Shown piece by piece: positions 45,525-54,064 of a DNA stretch of 64,000 nucleotides; position 1 is the stretch's first letter, and every line of letters begins with the position of its first letter. The DNA comes from an uncultured SAR324 cluster bacterium (GTDB taxonomy: Bacteria; SAR324; NAC60-12). The stretch spans positions 25,922 to 89,921 of the forward strand of contig CACFAY010000001.1 of the NCBI GenBank assembly GCA_902564345.1. Reading direction: 5' to 3'. Both the position numbers and the translations under genes were made by a program. Below the pieces are notes generated by a model. The model did no database searches and was not told the origin of the DNA. It saw only the letters and a list, made by a program, of their open reading frames with translations.

Positions 45525-47154
45525 AATTTTTTGCAGAATCAGATGAGTTTATATTTTCCATTCCAGTCATCATCTGTCCAAGTAAGTTTATTGAGGCTTC
45601 TTCCTTAGTCAATATTCCAACTATACGACCGTCAAAAATAACAGCAATGCGGTCAGAAACCATTAGTAACTCATCAAGATCCTCTGAGATCCATAGAACC
45701 GCCAGCCCCCTATCACGAGCCTTACATATTTGTTCACGAATGAAACTGGTTGCATGAATGTCAAGGCCTCTTGTAGGCTGAGAAGCAAGCAAAAGTTTCA
45801 ATGACCTTGAAATTTCACGTGCGAGTATTACTTTTTGCATATTACCACCAGAAAGTAGGCCAATGGGAGTCTTCTCTGATGGAGCTCGAATATCAAACTC
45901 CTGTATTTTATTGCTTCCATAATCAAAGATATTTTGGATGTTCAACAAATGATTTGAAATGAACTTAGGATTATTGAAATCACGAATTAAGAAATTATAA
46001 GCAATAGACATTCCTGAGGAAATACCAAACCTTTTTCTGTCCTCAGGAATGTAGCCCACTCCTTTTTCAATCATTTCATTTACTGTAGGATTTTCTAGAG
46101 GAGTGTCTTCAAAGATGTATGAACCTTGAATGGGCCTGCGCATGCCACTCAACAAATCTGCGAGTTCAGGCTGCCCATTACCTGAGACACCAGCCATACC
46201 CAAAATTTCTCCAGCATATATATTTAGTGAAATCCCTTTAAGAGTAGGTTGTCCTATATCATTTGCTGCATGTATATCTTTTAGGGATACAGTTAATTTA
46301 CGTGATCTATATTTTTTTCCTTCCGAACAAGTGTTATAGTTCTCATTTTTATCAATCTCAGTTTCTTTAAGGAGTTCAGAAACTTTTATAGACTCCTTTG
46401 CCTCTAAATTACCTATCATTAAATCTGCTAATGATTCTGGATCCGTATCTTCTTTATTCAAGGTTTTCATTACTTTCCCGCGACTCAAAACCGTTATCCT
46501 ATGAGAAAGATTCATTACTTCCTTCATTTTATGGGAAATGAAAATAATCGAATGTTTTTCATTGGCCATTCTCTGCATAATTTCATATAATGCTTTTGAT
46601 TCCTGTGGAGTTAGCACAGCCGTTGGCTCATCAAGAATCAAGATTTTTGCACCTTTGAAAAGAACCTTAACAATTTCGACACGCTGCTGTTCACCGACTG
46701 AGAGTTCCTGAATTTTCTTAGCAGGATCAACAAATAAGTCATATCTTTCACTTATCTCCCTAATTTGTTGATGGACTTTTTTTAGTTCAAGAGCAGCCAC
46801 TCCTGGCATGCCTAAGATAATATTTTCAGCAACAGTATGATTTCGCACCAACATAAAATGTTGGAATACCATGCCAATACTTTTTTGAATCGCCTGACGC
46901 GGATTAGTGAAATTAACAAGTTCACCAAACACTCTTATTTCTCCTTCATCAGCTGGATATAGTCCAGCAATAATATTCATTAATGTTGATTTGCCTGCGC
47001 CATTCTCTCCCAAAATGGTATGAATTTCCCCCTCTCTTAAATTAAATTCAACTTTATCATTGGCAATTATTCCTGGGAATTTTTTTGTAATCCCCTTTAA
47101 TTCTAGCGGTAAGTTTTGGAATTTTTTAGCTCGTATTTTTTTAGTCATTATCAT
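45511..47154 (-). CDS. ABC transporter ATP-binding protein with two fused NBDs (sugar/nucleoside uptake type)
   Basis: Two Walker A motifs (GENGAGKST; GVSGNGQPEL), two LSVGEQQRV/LSGGNMQKV signatures, two Walker B motifs (ILILDEPT; LLLASQPTRGLD). The stop overlaps the xdhA start by 14 nt. Confidence 0.85.
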   Translation of the reverse strand: MIMTKKIRAKKFQNLPLELKGITKKFPGIIANDKVEFNLREGEIHTILGENGAGKSTLMNIIAGLYPADEGEIRVFGELVNFTNPRQAIQKSIGMVFQHFMLVRNHTVAENIILGMPGVAALELKKVHQQIREISERYDLFVDPAKKIQELSVGEQQRVEIVKVLFKGAKILILDEPTAVLTPQESKALYEIMQRMANEKHSIIFISHKMKEVMNLSHRITVLSRGKVMKTLNKEDTDPESLADLMIGNLEAKESIKVSELLKETEIDKNENYNTCSEGKKYRSRKLTVSLKDIHAANDIGQPTLKGISLNIYAGEILGMAGVSGNGQPELADLLSGMRRPIQGSYIFEDTPLENPTVNEMIEKGVGYIPEDRKRFGISSGMSIAYNFLIRDFNNPKFISNHLLNIQNIFDYGSNKIQEFDIRAPSEKTPIGLLSGGNMQKVILAREISRSLKLLLASQPTRGLDIHATSFIREQICKARDRGLAVLWISEDLDELLMVSDRIAVIFDGRIVGILTKEEASINLLGQMMTGMENINSSDSAKNFDYA

Positions 47155-47363
47155 GCTGATTTTTTGAAATCTGAATAATTGTTCTCCAAATCTGTTCTGA
47201 TAGAATTATGCAATACAAAATATTTTGTAACAGTTTTCTAATGCTAGCCTTAAGATCAGGCAAACAGCAAGTCTTTTTGGAGTTTAAATAAATGAGAAGA
47301 CTGTATAAATTGGAAGAAAATTGTGAGTTTATAAGATGCTCAAAAAACCCTGATTTATTAATA

Positions 47364-48974
47364 TCATCGGTTATTTTGAATTAATCCTAATACTGTTTCA
47401 GGTACCTGATTGGCTTGTGCAATCATGGCGGTGCTTGCCTGAAGCAAAATTTTATCTTTGGTAAGTTCAGACATTTCTGCTGCCATGTCTGAATCTCGGA
47501 TAGTGGATTCCGCTTGAGTGATATTCTGTTCTGCAACCTTGAGACTGTTTAGGTTGCTCTCTAATGCATTTTTCTGAAATGAACCTATTTCACCTCGTAG
47601 CACAGAGATTTGTTCAATAACGTTATCTACTAATATAGATGCATCTTTTGCTCCCTGTAATGTTGTTACATCGATATCAGCAAGACTTCTAAAACCACTT
47701 TTATTATTAATTCCTTTGCCCAGTAGGCTTGTACTTACACTTGCTAAAGAAAAAGATGGATTAGATTTTTTGTCAAGTCCTACTTGGAATTCTTTGGATT
47801 TTTGGGAAACATGTACGTAACCTTCAACTTTAGGATTTTCTCGATTTCCAACTAAATCCTCGTTTTTTACTTCAACAAACTTCGTACCTGTCTGCATTCC
47901 ATTCTGGTCCAAAACGGGTATTTCTTCAAAACCAATTTCCTTATCAAATTTTATCTTTACTCCTCCAGCCTCCATCCCTGTAAGCGTAGATAAATACTGT
48001 CCCTCCCCTAGTGCAACCTCATTATTAATTGTGCCTTCAATATTTTTTCCAGGAACAGCAGATTGTGCTATGTCCGCTTCTTCTGAAAGTATTCCTGCCA
48101 CTGAGCTTGCAGCCGCAAAAGATATTGTATCACCAAAATTATTGTGTCTGATTAGTAATTTATTTCCGGGAGTAATTTCTGCCTGCAAGTCCAATCCGCT
48201 CTCAGAGATTTTTTGATTCAAGGCATGAACGACTAAACCTCTAATTTGTGTTGATATTTCTTCTTGAGGGAAACGCAAGGGGTATCGGTCAGTATTTTTT
48301 ATTAGTTCTTGTATATCTTTCCCCAAAAGATTTTCATCTAAATTAAAATCAAGGTTTCTTCCGCCTTCATTTATCACTATCTGCAGTCCATTTCTAATAT
48401 TGTTTATATCAATGGGTAAGCGCCCAACTAAATGTGCTCTCGTAGCAACTTGATGAATGTCTACTTCCCATCCTTGTTCTGGAGAAGCAGGAGCTGTTGC
48501 ATCAGCAGAGACAAACTGTAATGATTCGCCTATAGCAGTTCCACTGGTCCCCATACTTCCGTCTAGCAGTCTTTTTCCACCAAACTCAGTGTTTTTAGAA
48601 ATACGGTCAATTGTGCTGAGTAAATTTTCAATTTCTTGCTGATCCGCTTCCAGCATTTTTGAGTTATTTATTGCCTCATTTCGTGCATGAATAGTTAACT
48701 GTTTAATTTTAATTAAAAGATCACTTACTTCATTTAAGGCGCCTTCCGCAGTTTGAAATAGTGCCACGGTAGATGATGCATTGTCAAAAACCTGCTTTAG
48801 CCCAACAATATGTCCACGCAATCTCTCAGAAGCAATCAATGTTGCTGGACCGTCTGCACCATTATTTATCTTTACACCGGAACTGAGGCGTTCAATACCA
48901 CCCTTCACTTTATCAAAGTGATTTGAAGCATGTCTCAATGAGTTTAAAGAAGCTGGATTTTGTCTGATTTTCAT
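47364..48974 (-). CDS. flagellin (long form, about 536 aa, with central variable domain)
   Basis: N-terminal D0/D1 (LSSGVKINNGADGPATLIASERLRG) and a C-terminal conserved helix. Confidence 0.85.
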   Translation of the reverse strand: MKIRQNPASLNSLRHASNHFDKVKGGIERLSSGVKINNGADGPATLIASERLRGHIVGLKQVFDNASSTVALFQTAEGALNEVSDLLIKIKQLTIHARNEAINNSKMLEADQQEIENLLSTIDRISKNTEFGGKRLLDGSMGTSGTAIGESLQFVSADATAPASPEQGWEVDIHQVATRAHLVGRLPIDINNIRNGLQIVINEGGRNLDFNLDENLLGKDIQELIKNTDRYPLRFPQEEISTQIRGLVVHALNQKISESGLDLQAEITPGNKLLIRHNNFGDTISFAAASSVAGILSEEADIAQSAVPGKNIEGTINNEVALGEGQYLSTLTGMEAGGVKIKFDKEIGFEEIPVLDQNGMQTGTKFVEVKNEDLVGNRENPKVEGYVHVSQKSKEFQVGLDKKSNPSFSLASVSTSLLGKGINNKSGFRSLADIDVTTLQGAKDASILVDNVIEQISVLRGEIGSFQKNALESNLNSLKVAEQNITQAESTIRDSDMAAEMSELTKDKILLQASTAMIAQANQVPETVLGLIQNNR

Positions 48975-49060
48975 TGCCTATTAAATATTCTTTAAGCTTT
49001 GTTAGGAATTTGACTCCCGATATAAACTGCTATCGATGGACATATTAGAGATTTTAATAA

Positions 49061-49088
49061 TTATTCGGCATTTTTTGAAATATCTTTA
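49061..49088 (-). promoter_or_regulatory. sigma-28 (FliA) class III flagellar promoter: TAAA-N15-GCCGAATAA
   Basis: Reverse complement of 49061-49088 reads TAAAGATATTTCAAAAAATGCCGAATAA. This matches consensus TAAA-N15-GCCGATAA with exact 15-nt spacing and one mismatch. It lies about 85 nt upstream of the flagellin ATG. Confidence 0.55.
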
Positions 49089-49095
49089 GTAAAAA

Positions 49096-49689
49096 TTAAT
49101 TTTTTTTAAATTTTTTCCCAGTCCCAAGAATAAAAATTTCAACACTTTCTGTTCGTGAACTCTTCGGTTTGCAAAATTTTACATTTGCAAACATTTTTCT
49201 AAATTCAGAATATAATTCGTCAAGTAAAACCCCCTGAAAGGCTTTCAGAAGCAATAGCCCTTCAGGGCATAAGGCATCATTTGCAAGATTTAGAACCTTT
49301 TTATTTAATTCATAAGATCGATTTGCATCAGTTGTGCGTATACCACTTGTTTTTGGAGCCATGTCGCTAAGTATTACATCAGCTTGACCACCTTTAATTT
49401 TCAAATCCTCATATGTTAGATCAAATATGTCCCCCTTTATGACTATTACATGTGAAGGTAGTGAGATCTTAACCGGTTGCAAGTCAACTCCTAGAACATG
49501 TCCTGAACTTCCAACTTTTCTGCTTGCATATTGAAGCCACGAACCCGGACTGCATCCAAGATCAAGTACTTTATTTCCTAAGCCTAAAATTCTATTCTTT
49601 TTGTCAATTTCTTCAATTTTGTAGAAAGATCTTGCAGCATAGCCTTCTTTTTTAGCCTTGTGAAAATAATGATCCTTGATTTTTTTCAA
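49096..49689 (-). CDS. rlmE: 23S rRNA (uridine2552-2'-O)-methyltransferase RlmE/FtsJ
   Basis: SRAAYKL-type N-terminus (ARSFYKIEEI), SAM motif VLDLGCSPGSW, 197 aa. Confidence 0.85.
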   Translation of the reverse strand: MKKIKDHYFHKAKKEGYAARSFYKIEEIDKKNRILGLGNKVLDLGCSPGSWLQYASRKVGSSGHVLGVDLQPVKISLPSHVIVIKGDIFDLTYEDLKIKGGQADVILSDMAPKTSGIRTTDANRSYELNKKVLNLANDALCPEGLLLLKAFQGVLLDELYSEFRKMFANVKFCKPKSSRTESVEIFILGTGKKFKKN

Positions 49690-50194
49690 ATCATACCCCT
49701 GTAAAAATAATATATTTTTGTCAGCTTCTTAAATTAAATGAGCAAATAATTATATGTTTTTTTAATGAAAAGGATTCCGTTTTCCTTTCATTGATATTTT
49801 GATGATAATTTTTTTCGATTTTCGATTTTGTATTTTCTAAGCATCTTAAACCGACCCTGCCAACAATTTTAATAACATCAAAAGAGTAATACCTTCAATT
49901 AGAAACTACAGCATAGAATATTTTGAATATTTTAATACCATCTATTCATATCTGCATTTTACTTGGATTACAAAAGAAAATGTATTGAAATTCTTAGTTT
50001 ATTGATACAGAATGCTCAGATTAATCATGAAAAATTTCATATAAAAATAAATCTTTCTGCAGAATGCTTTTCAAGTATTATACTAATATTTGAAGTTCAT
50101 TTTTTGAATTCATAATTAAACAGAGTCTAATCCATATAAAATTTTAATATACTGATATTATTAGTTATTATACAAATTAAAAAATAAGGATCTC

Positions 50195-51163
50195 ATGTTG
50201 GACAAATTAGGAACATTGCTTGGAATGCTTTTTGGAACAGCGCTTGTATTTTTTGGCATTGTCTGGCCTGACCACCTTTCAAATTATTATATGTATATGT
50301 TCCGTGAATTTGAGACTGGGCTTGAAGCATTAAAAGCATCTCAAGCAACATCAGAGGAGTTGCGTAATCATAAAGCTGTTTTCAAAGAATTTCAGGATTC
50401 TTGGCTTGGATCTGTTTCTAGATTCGCAGATTTAAAATCTTTTCTTATTGTTCTAGGAGGATCATATGCAGCAACATTGATTGCGTTTCGCTTTGGTGAT
50501 GCAATGCGAGCATTTTTGTTCATCGCAAAAGCTTTTCTAAAAGGAAAGGCAGATAAAGATTTTTTGGAAGTATATAATACCATAATAGGATTGTGTGAAA
50601 AACGTGCAAATAAGGAGTTGATTTCTGATGAAGAAATAAGCGCTGTGAGCAATACAGATCTTCAAACATGGCTCCAAGATTTTATTGCTGTTGACCTTGT
50701 AACTGAAGAAATGATTGAGGAAATAGTCCGCTCAGAAATAGAAATGTACAATTACCGGTCCTTTGAAGAAATAGACATGCTTGAATTTATGGGGCGTGCA
50801 GCTCCAGCGTTTGGAATGATTGGTACAGTAGTTGGACTCATCCTGATGCTCGGCAGTGTTAGTGGAGAAGGCGGGGCAGACATTGCCGGTCTGATGGGAG
50901 GTATGGCAGTAGCTATGATTACCACACTTTACGGGGTACTCATTTCACAACTTGTTTTTTTGCCTATAGCATCTAAAAGGTTTCAACTTAAGGAGTCACA
51001 AGTTTTATTATTGGAGATGATTCGTGAAGGACTGCTTTATCTTAAAAGAAGGGAGCTACCAGAGACTGCTAAAAAAGATTTAGTGATTTATCTCCCACCT
51101 AAATTGAGAAAGAAAGTTATTCAGGAGGAGCAGGCTGCAATGGGTGATGGATTAGGATTATAG
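50195..51163 (+). CDS. MotA/PomA/ExbB-family proton-channel stator subunit (atypical, 322 aa)
   Basis: Four TM helices. Conserved C-terminal TM3-TM4 region (MIGTVVGLILMLGS...AVAMITTLYGVLISQLVFLP). Unusually long TM1-TM2 loop (about 60 aa). AAGGAT Shine-Dalgarno before the ATG. Confidence 0.7.
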   Translation: MLDKLGTLLGMLFGTALVFFGIVWPDHLSNYYMYMFREFETGLEALKASQATSEELRNHKAVFKEFQDSWLGSVSRFADLKSFLIVLGGSYAATLIAFRFGDAMRAFLFIAKAFLKGKADKDFLEVYNTIIGLCEKRANKELISDEEISAVSNTDLQTWLQDFIAVDLVTEEMIEEIVRSEIEMYNYRSFEEIDMLEFMGRAAPAFGMIGTVVGLILMLGSVSGEGGADIAGLMGGMAVAMITTLYGVLISQLVFLPIASKRFQLKESQVLLLEMIREGLLYLKRRELPETAKKDLVIYLPPKLRKKVIQEEQAAMGDGLGL

Positions 51164-51164
51164 C

Positions 51165-51803
51165 ATGAGTAGAGGAGGAAGCTCTGAAGGTGGTTGGGTG
51201 ACTACCTTTGCGGATTTGATGACATTACTGTTTTGTTTTTTTGTACTAATTAACGCACTCTCCACTCAGCCAAAAAATTGTAGTGACCTGGATAGGTTTC
51301 TGAATGATAACAAGGAAAAATTCAAAAAATATGAACTCCGATCAACAAAGCTCAGTTGCATTATTTCTCTGCCTCAAGATTTTCTCTTTCGATCAGGTGA
51401 TGCAATACTCAAGAAAGGGGCCTTTCAGGCTCTATCACCTCTTTTTAAAAAAATACTCGAAATACCTGAGCATAGGACTGACCTCCTAACTGTAGAAGGA
51501 CATACAGACAATGTTCCAATACGTAGCAAAAAATTCCCAAGCAATTGGGAGCTTAGTTCGGCGAGAGCTACCGTTATTGCGACAATGCTTATAAAAAGAT
51601 TAAAATATCCAGAAGAATCAATGTCTATAGTAGGATTTGCAGATACGCGTCCTAAAGTTAGTTACATAGACCAAAATGGTTCGCCACTGAAGGGTGGTGA
51701 GTTAAAAAAAGCACAAAGAACAAACAGGAGGGTTGAAGTAGTACTAACAACACCCCCAAAATCTCTTGAGGATTCAACACTCTTGTTCGGAGATAAAAAT
51801 TAA
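51165..51803 (+). CDS. MotB/OmpA-family stator subunit (short, 212 aa)
   Basis: WVTTFADLMTLLFCFFVLI plug/TM region with conserved Asp. C-terminal OmpA-like peptidoglycan-binding motif (TVEGHTDNVPI...NWELSSARA). Start is 2 nt after the motA-like stop. Confidence 0.7.
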   Translation: MSRGGSSEGGWVTTFADLMTLLFCFFVLINALSTQPKNCSDLDRFLNDNKEKFKKYELRSTKLSCIISLPQDFLFRSGDAILKKGAFQALSPLFKKILEIPEHRTDLLTVEGHTDNVPIRSKKFPSNWELSSARATVIATMLIKRLKYPEESMSIVGFADTRPKVSYIDQNGSPLKGGELKKAQRTNRRVEVVLTTPPKSLEDSTLLFGDKN

Positions 51804-51856
51804 AACATAAATGTTTGGTTTTATTCTGAACGTTCAGAACAAATGTTAACTTTAAT

Positions 51857-53974
51857 TCATTCTGAATTTTCAGAACGAGTGATTAAAGTCCTACCTAAAT
51901 CCGTAATAATCCAAACTCCATTATCTTTTTTAATCAATTTTTGACGAATAGCCATTTCATGGAGAAGACGATCGGTCGGCAAATTATCAAATTCTGGTTC
52001 CTTCAGTTTAATAATCTCCTTTGGCTCATGTTTCAAACTATTGAGTACTGAATGTTCAGCTCTTGCCATCAAGCTATTTTTATTTTTAAAAAAAATCATC
52101 AGGTACTCGTAAACTTTTTCGGATAGAGAATCCAGTTTTTTAGAGAGCATACTGCTGCTACGCAGATACAGTGTCAGCTTGTCCTCAGTGCCTGAATTCC
52201 TTACATAAACCATTGCCACAGGCAATTTTTGCTGAAACACACGAATTAGCAACATCTGAGGTTCCTGCATATTTTTATCTATCTTTGTCTCCATTCCCGG
52301 CCAATTCAGGTTTTCCAATAATAGTTCCTGAAGTTGATCCCGCATTAGCGACTCCTCGAAAAGAAATGATTTATCTACATAATATACGTGTAGGCTTTTC
52401 TGGTAACCCGCTGGATAAGGATTGCTCATCCACTGAGAGTATTGCTGATTCTTTAAACTTGGAATTAATTCAAGCACTGCAGCAATGCTGTTAAGACCAC
52501 ATTTAATTCCATTGCCAACAAACACAGGCCTAATCATATTTCCATACTTGATTGTGCCTAATGTAACTATATGTCCAGATTCTTCGCTACCTATTGCAAA
52601 AAAGATGTTGCTGAATTGGCAGGCATTTGAATTGGCAAAGTTTATAAGATCATTCTTTTTTTTCTGAACTAACCATCGTTCTACAACAACTACAGAGTTT
52701 GTCGCTGCAAGTGAATCAAAAGAAGCGTTTTTTTGAATTTGTTCAAGCTTTAAGTCTGCTTGAACAACCAATTCTTTAAATTCTGGATCATCAACCTCCT
52801 TAAGATAGTATTGCTTTAAAAATCTCCAATGGCTTAAAAATGACTCCCAAAGTATCCATTTATCACCAACAGCACACTGCTTTGTTTCAAAACCTTCTCG
52901 CCTTGCAGCACGTTCTGCTTCAATATCGCTTTCAACAGTATTTAAATAAAGCGGCGGCTTAATCCAATTTGCTTTTTTCTTAAGCAACTTTGCCTGTAGA
53001 AAAGCCTGAACATCACCTCCGAGTACTTTTACTTCGTCCTTGTAAGAGTCATAATTTAACAAGAAACATCTGTCTCCATCCCCGTCAAATACAATACCAA
53101 AAACCATTTCTAGTCTGTTTTGATGAACAAAATTATGTTTCCGACCAACTGATAGGACTCGCCTTAAAGCTTCATATTCTATAAAGGTACCATTCAATAT
53201 TTCATCTGGTTTGATTACAGAAATTCCCTCAAGGTCAGATACTCCTGAACAAGAGTTTATTCCTCGTGAAGGATCACAATTAATATATTCAATTTTACAT
53301 CCCTCATAATTAAATAAATCCTTTATTACGTGAGAAAAAGCTCCATTTGCTGCATCAACAATAACCGTAACTTCATTCATCAATTCTTTTTGAAGCCAGT
53401 TATTAGTCTGATCAGCAACAAAATCAATAAAAAACTTCTTTGCCTGTTGATGTTCGTTGATAACCTTTCCAGTCGGAATTATTTTCCTTAGTTCTTCATA
53501 ATCAAGATTTAGGCAGCGTTGGGTAAGACGCTTATCATCTTCAGGAAGTAATTTAAGATTCGAGTGACCAAGAAATATTTTTATACCATTCTGGTCTGCA
53601 CTATTATGTGATGCAGTCAAAACAAACCCGCAAGCAGCACCAACTTTTAATTGATACATTGAGATTGCTGGAGTTGGTAGAACATCAACTACTACAGCTG
53701 TCATTCCTGCTTTCCTTATTCCATTAACTGCTGCCTGGTTGAATATTCCGTTGCTGTCCCTGGGGTCCCAGCCAATTACAGCGATGTCATTTCTTGCAGA
53801 AAAACCAGTATCCAAAAGTTCCATACAAAAGGAGTATGTATACAATTCAAATAATTCTTCTGTTAAGATACCCTCATCAAGTAATGCCGCAATCGGACCT
53901 GGAGAAGAACACTTTTCAGCTAAAAACACAGGTCCACGTATTCCGTCTGTTCCTTGTATTCGGTTAATGGCCAT
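51857..53974 (-). CDS. alpha-D-phosphohexomutase (PGM/PMM/GlmM family) with a roughly 100-aa C-terminal extension
   Basis: GTDGIRG N-terminal motif, TASHNSADQNGIKIF phosphoserine loop, GDGDRCF metal loop, GSEESGH sugar-binding loop, RNSGTEDKL domain-4 phosphate loop. At 705 aa it exceeds the usual 450-580. Confidence 0.75.
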   Translation of the reverse strand: MAINRIQGTDGIRGPVFLAEKCSSPGPIAALLDEGILTEELFELYTYSFCMELLDTGFSARNDIAVIGWDPRDSNGIFNQAAVNGIRKAGMTAVVVDVLPTPAISMYQLKVGAACGFVLTASHNSADQNGIKIFLGHSNLKLLPEDDKRLTQRCLNLDYEELRKIIPTGKVINEHQQAKKFFIDFVADQTNNWLQKELMNEVTVIVDAANGAFSHVIKDLFNYEGCKIEYINCDPSRGINSCSGVSDLEGISVIKPDEILNGTFIEYEALRRVLSVGRKHNFVHQNRLEMVFGIVFDGDGDRCFLLNYDSYKDEVKVLGGDVQAFLQAKLLKKKANWIKPPLYLNTVESDIEAERAARREGFETKQCAVGDKWILWESFLSHWRFLKQYYLKEVDDPEFKELVVQADLKLEQIQKNASFDSLAATNSVVVVERWLVQKKKNDLINFANSNACQFSNIFFAIGSEESGHIVTLGTIKYGNMIRPVFVGNGIKCGLNSIAAVLELIPSLKNQQYSQWMSNPYPAGYQKSLHVYYVDKSFLFEESLMRDQLQELLLENLNWPGMETKIDKNMQEPQMLLIRVFQQKLPVAMVYVRNSGTEDKLTLYLRSSSMLSKKLDSLSEKVYEYLMIFFKNKNSLMARAEHSVLNSLKHEPKEIIKLKEPEFDNLPTDRLLHEMAIRQKLIKKDNGVWIITDLGRTLITRSENSE

Positions 53975-54064
53975 ATTTATAAATATGAATATACACTTTA
54001 CGGATTCAGCACGAAGTTTTTGAAAAAATCAATTATAATTGTGTTCTGGTGGGAGTCTAACTAT

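Noticed and set aside
49690-50194. Candidate second sigma-28 promoter for motAB (TTGATGATAA near 49795)
   Set aside because: There is no TAAA element at the required 15-nt spacing, and the match to GCCGATAA is only 6 of 8 nt.
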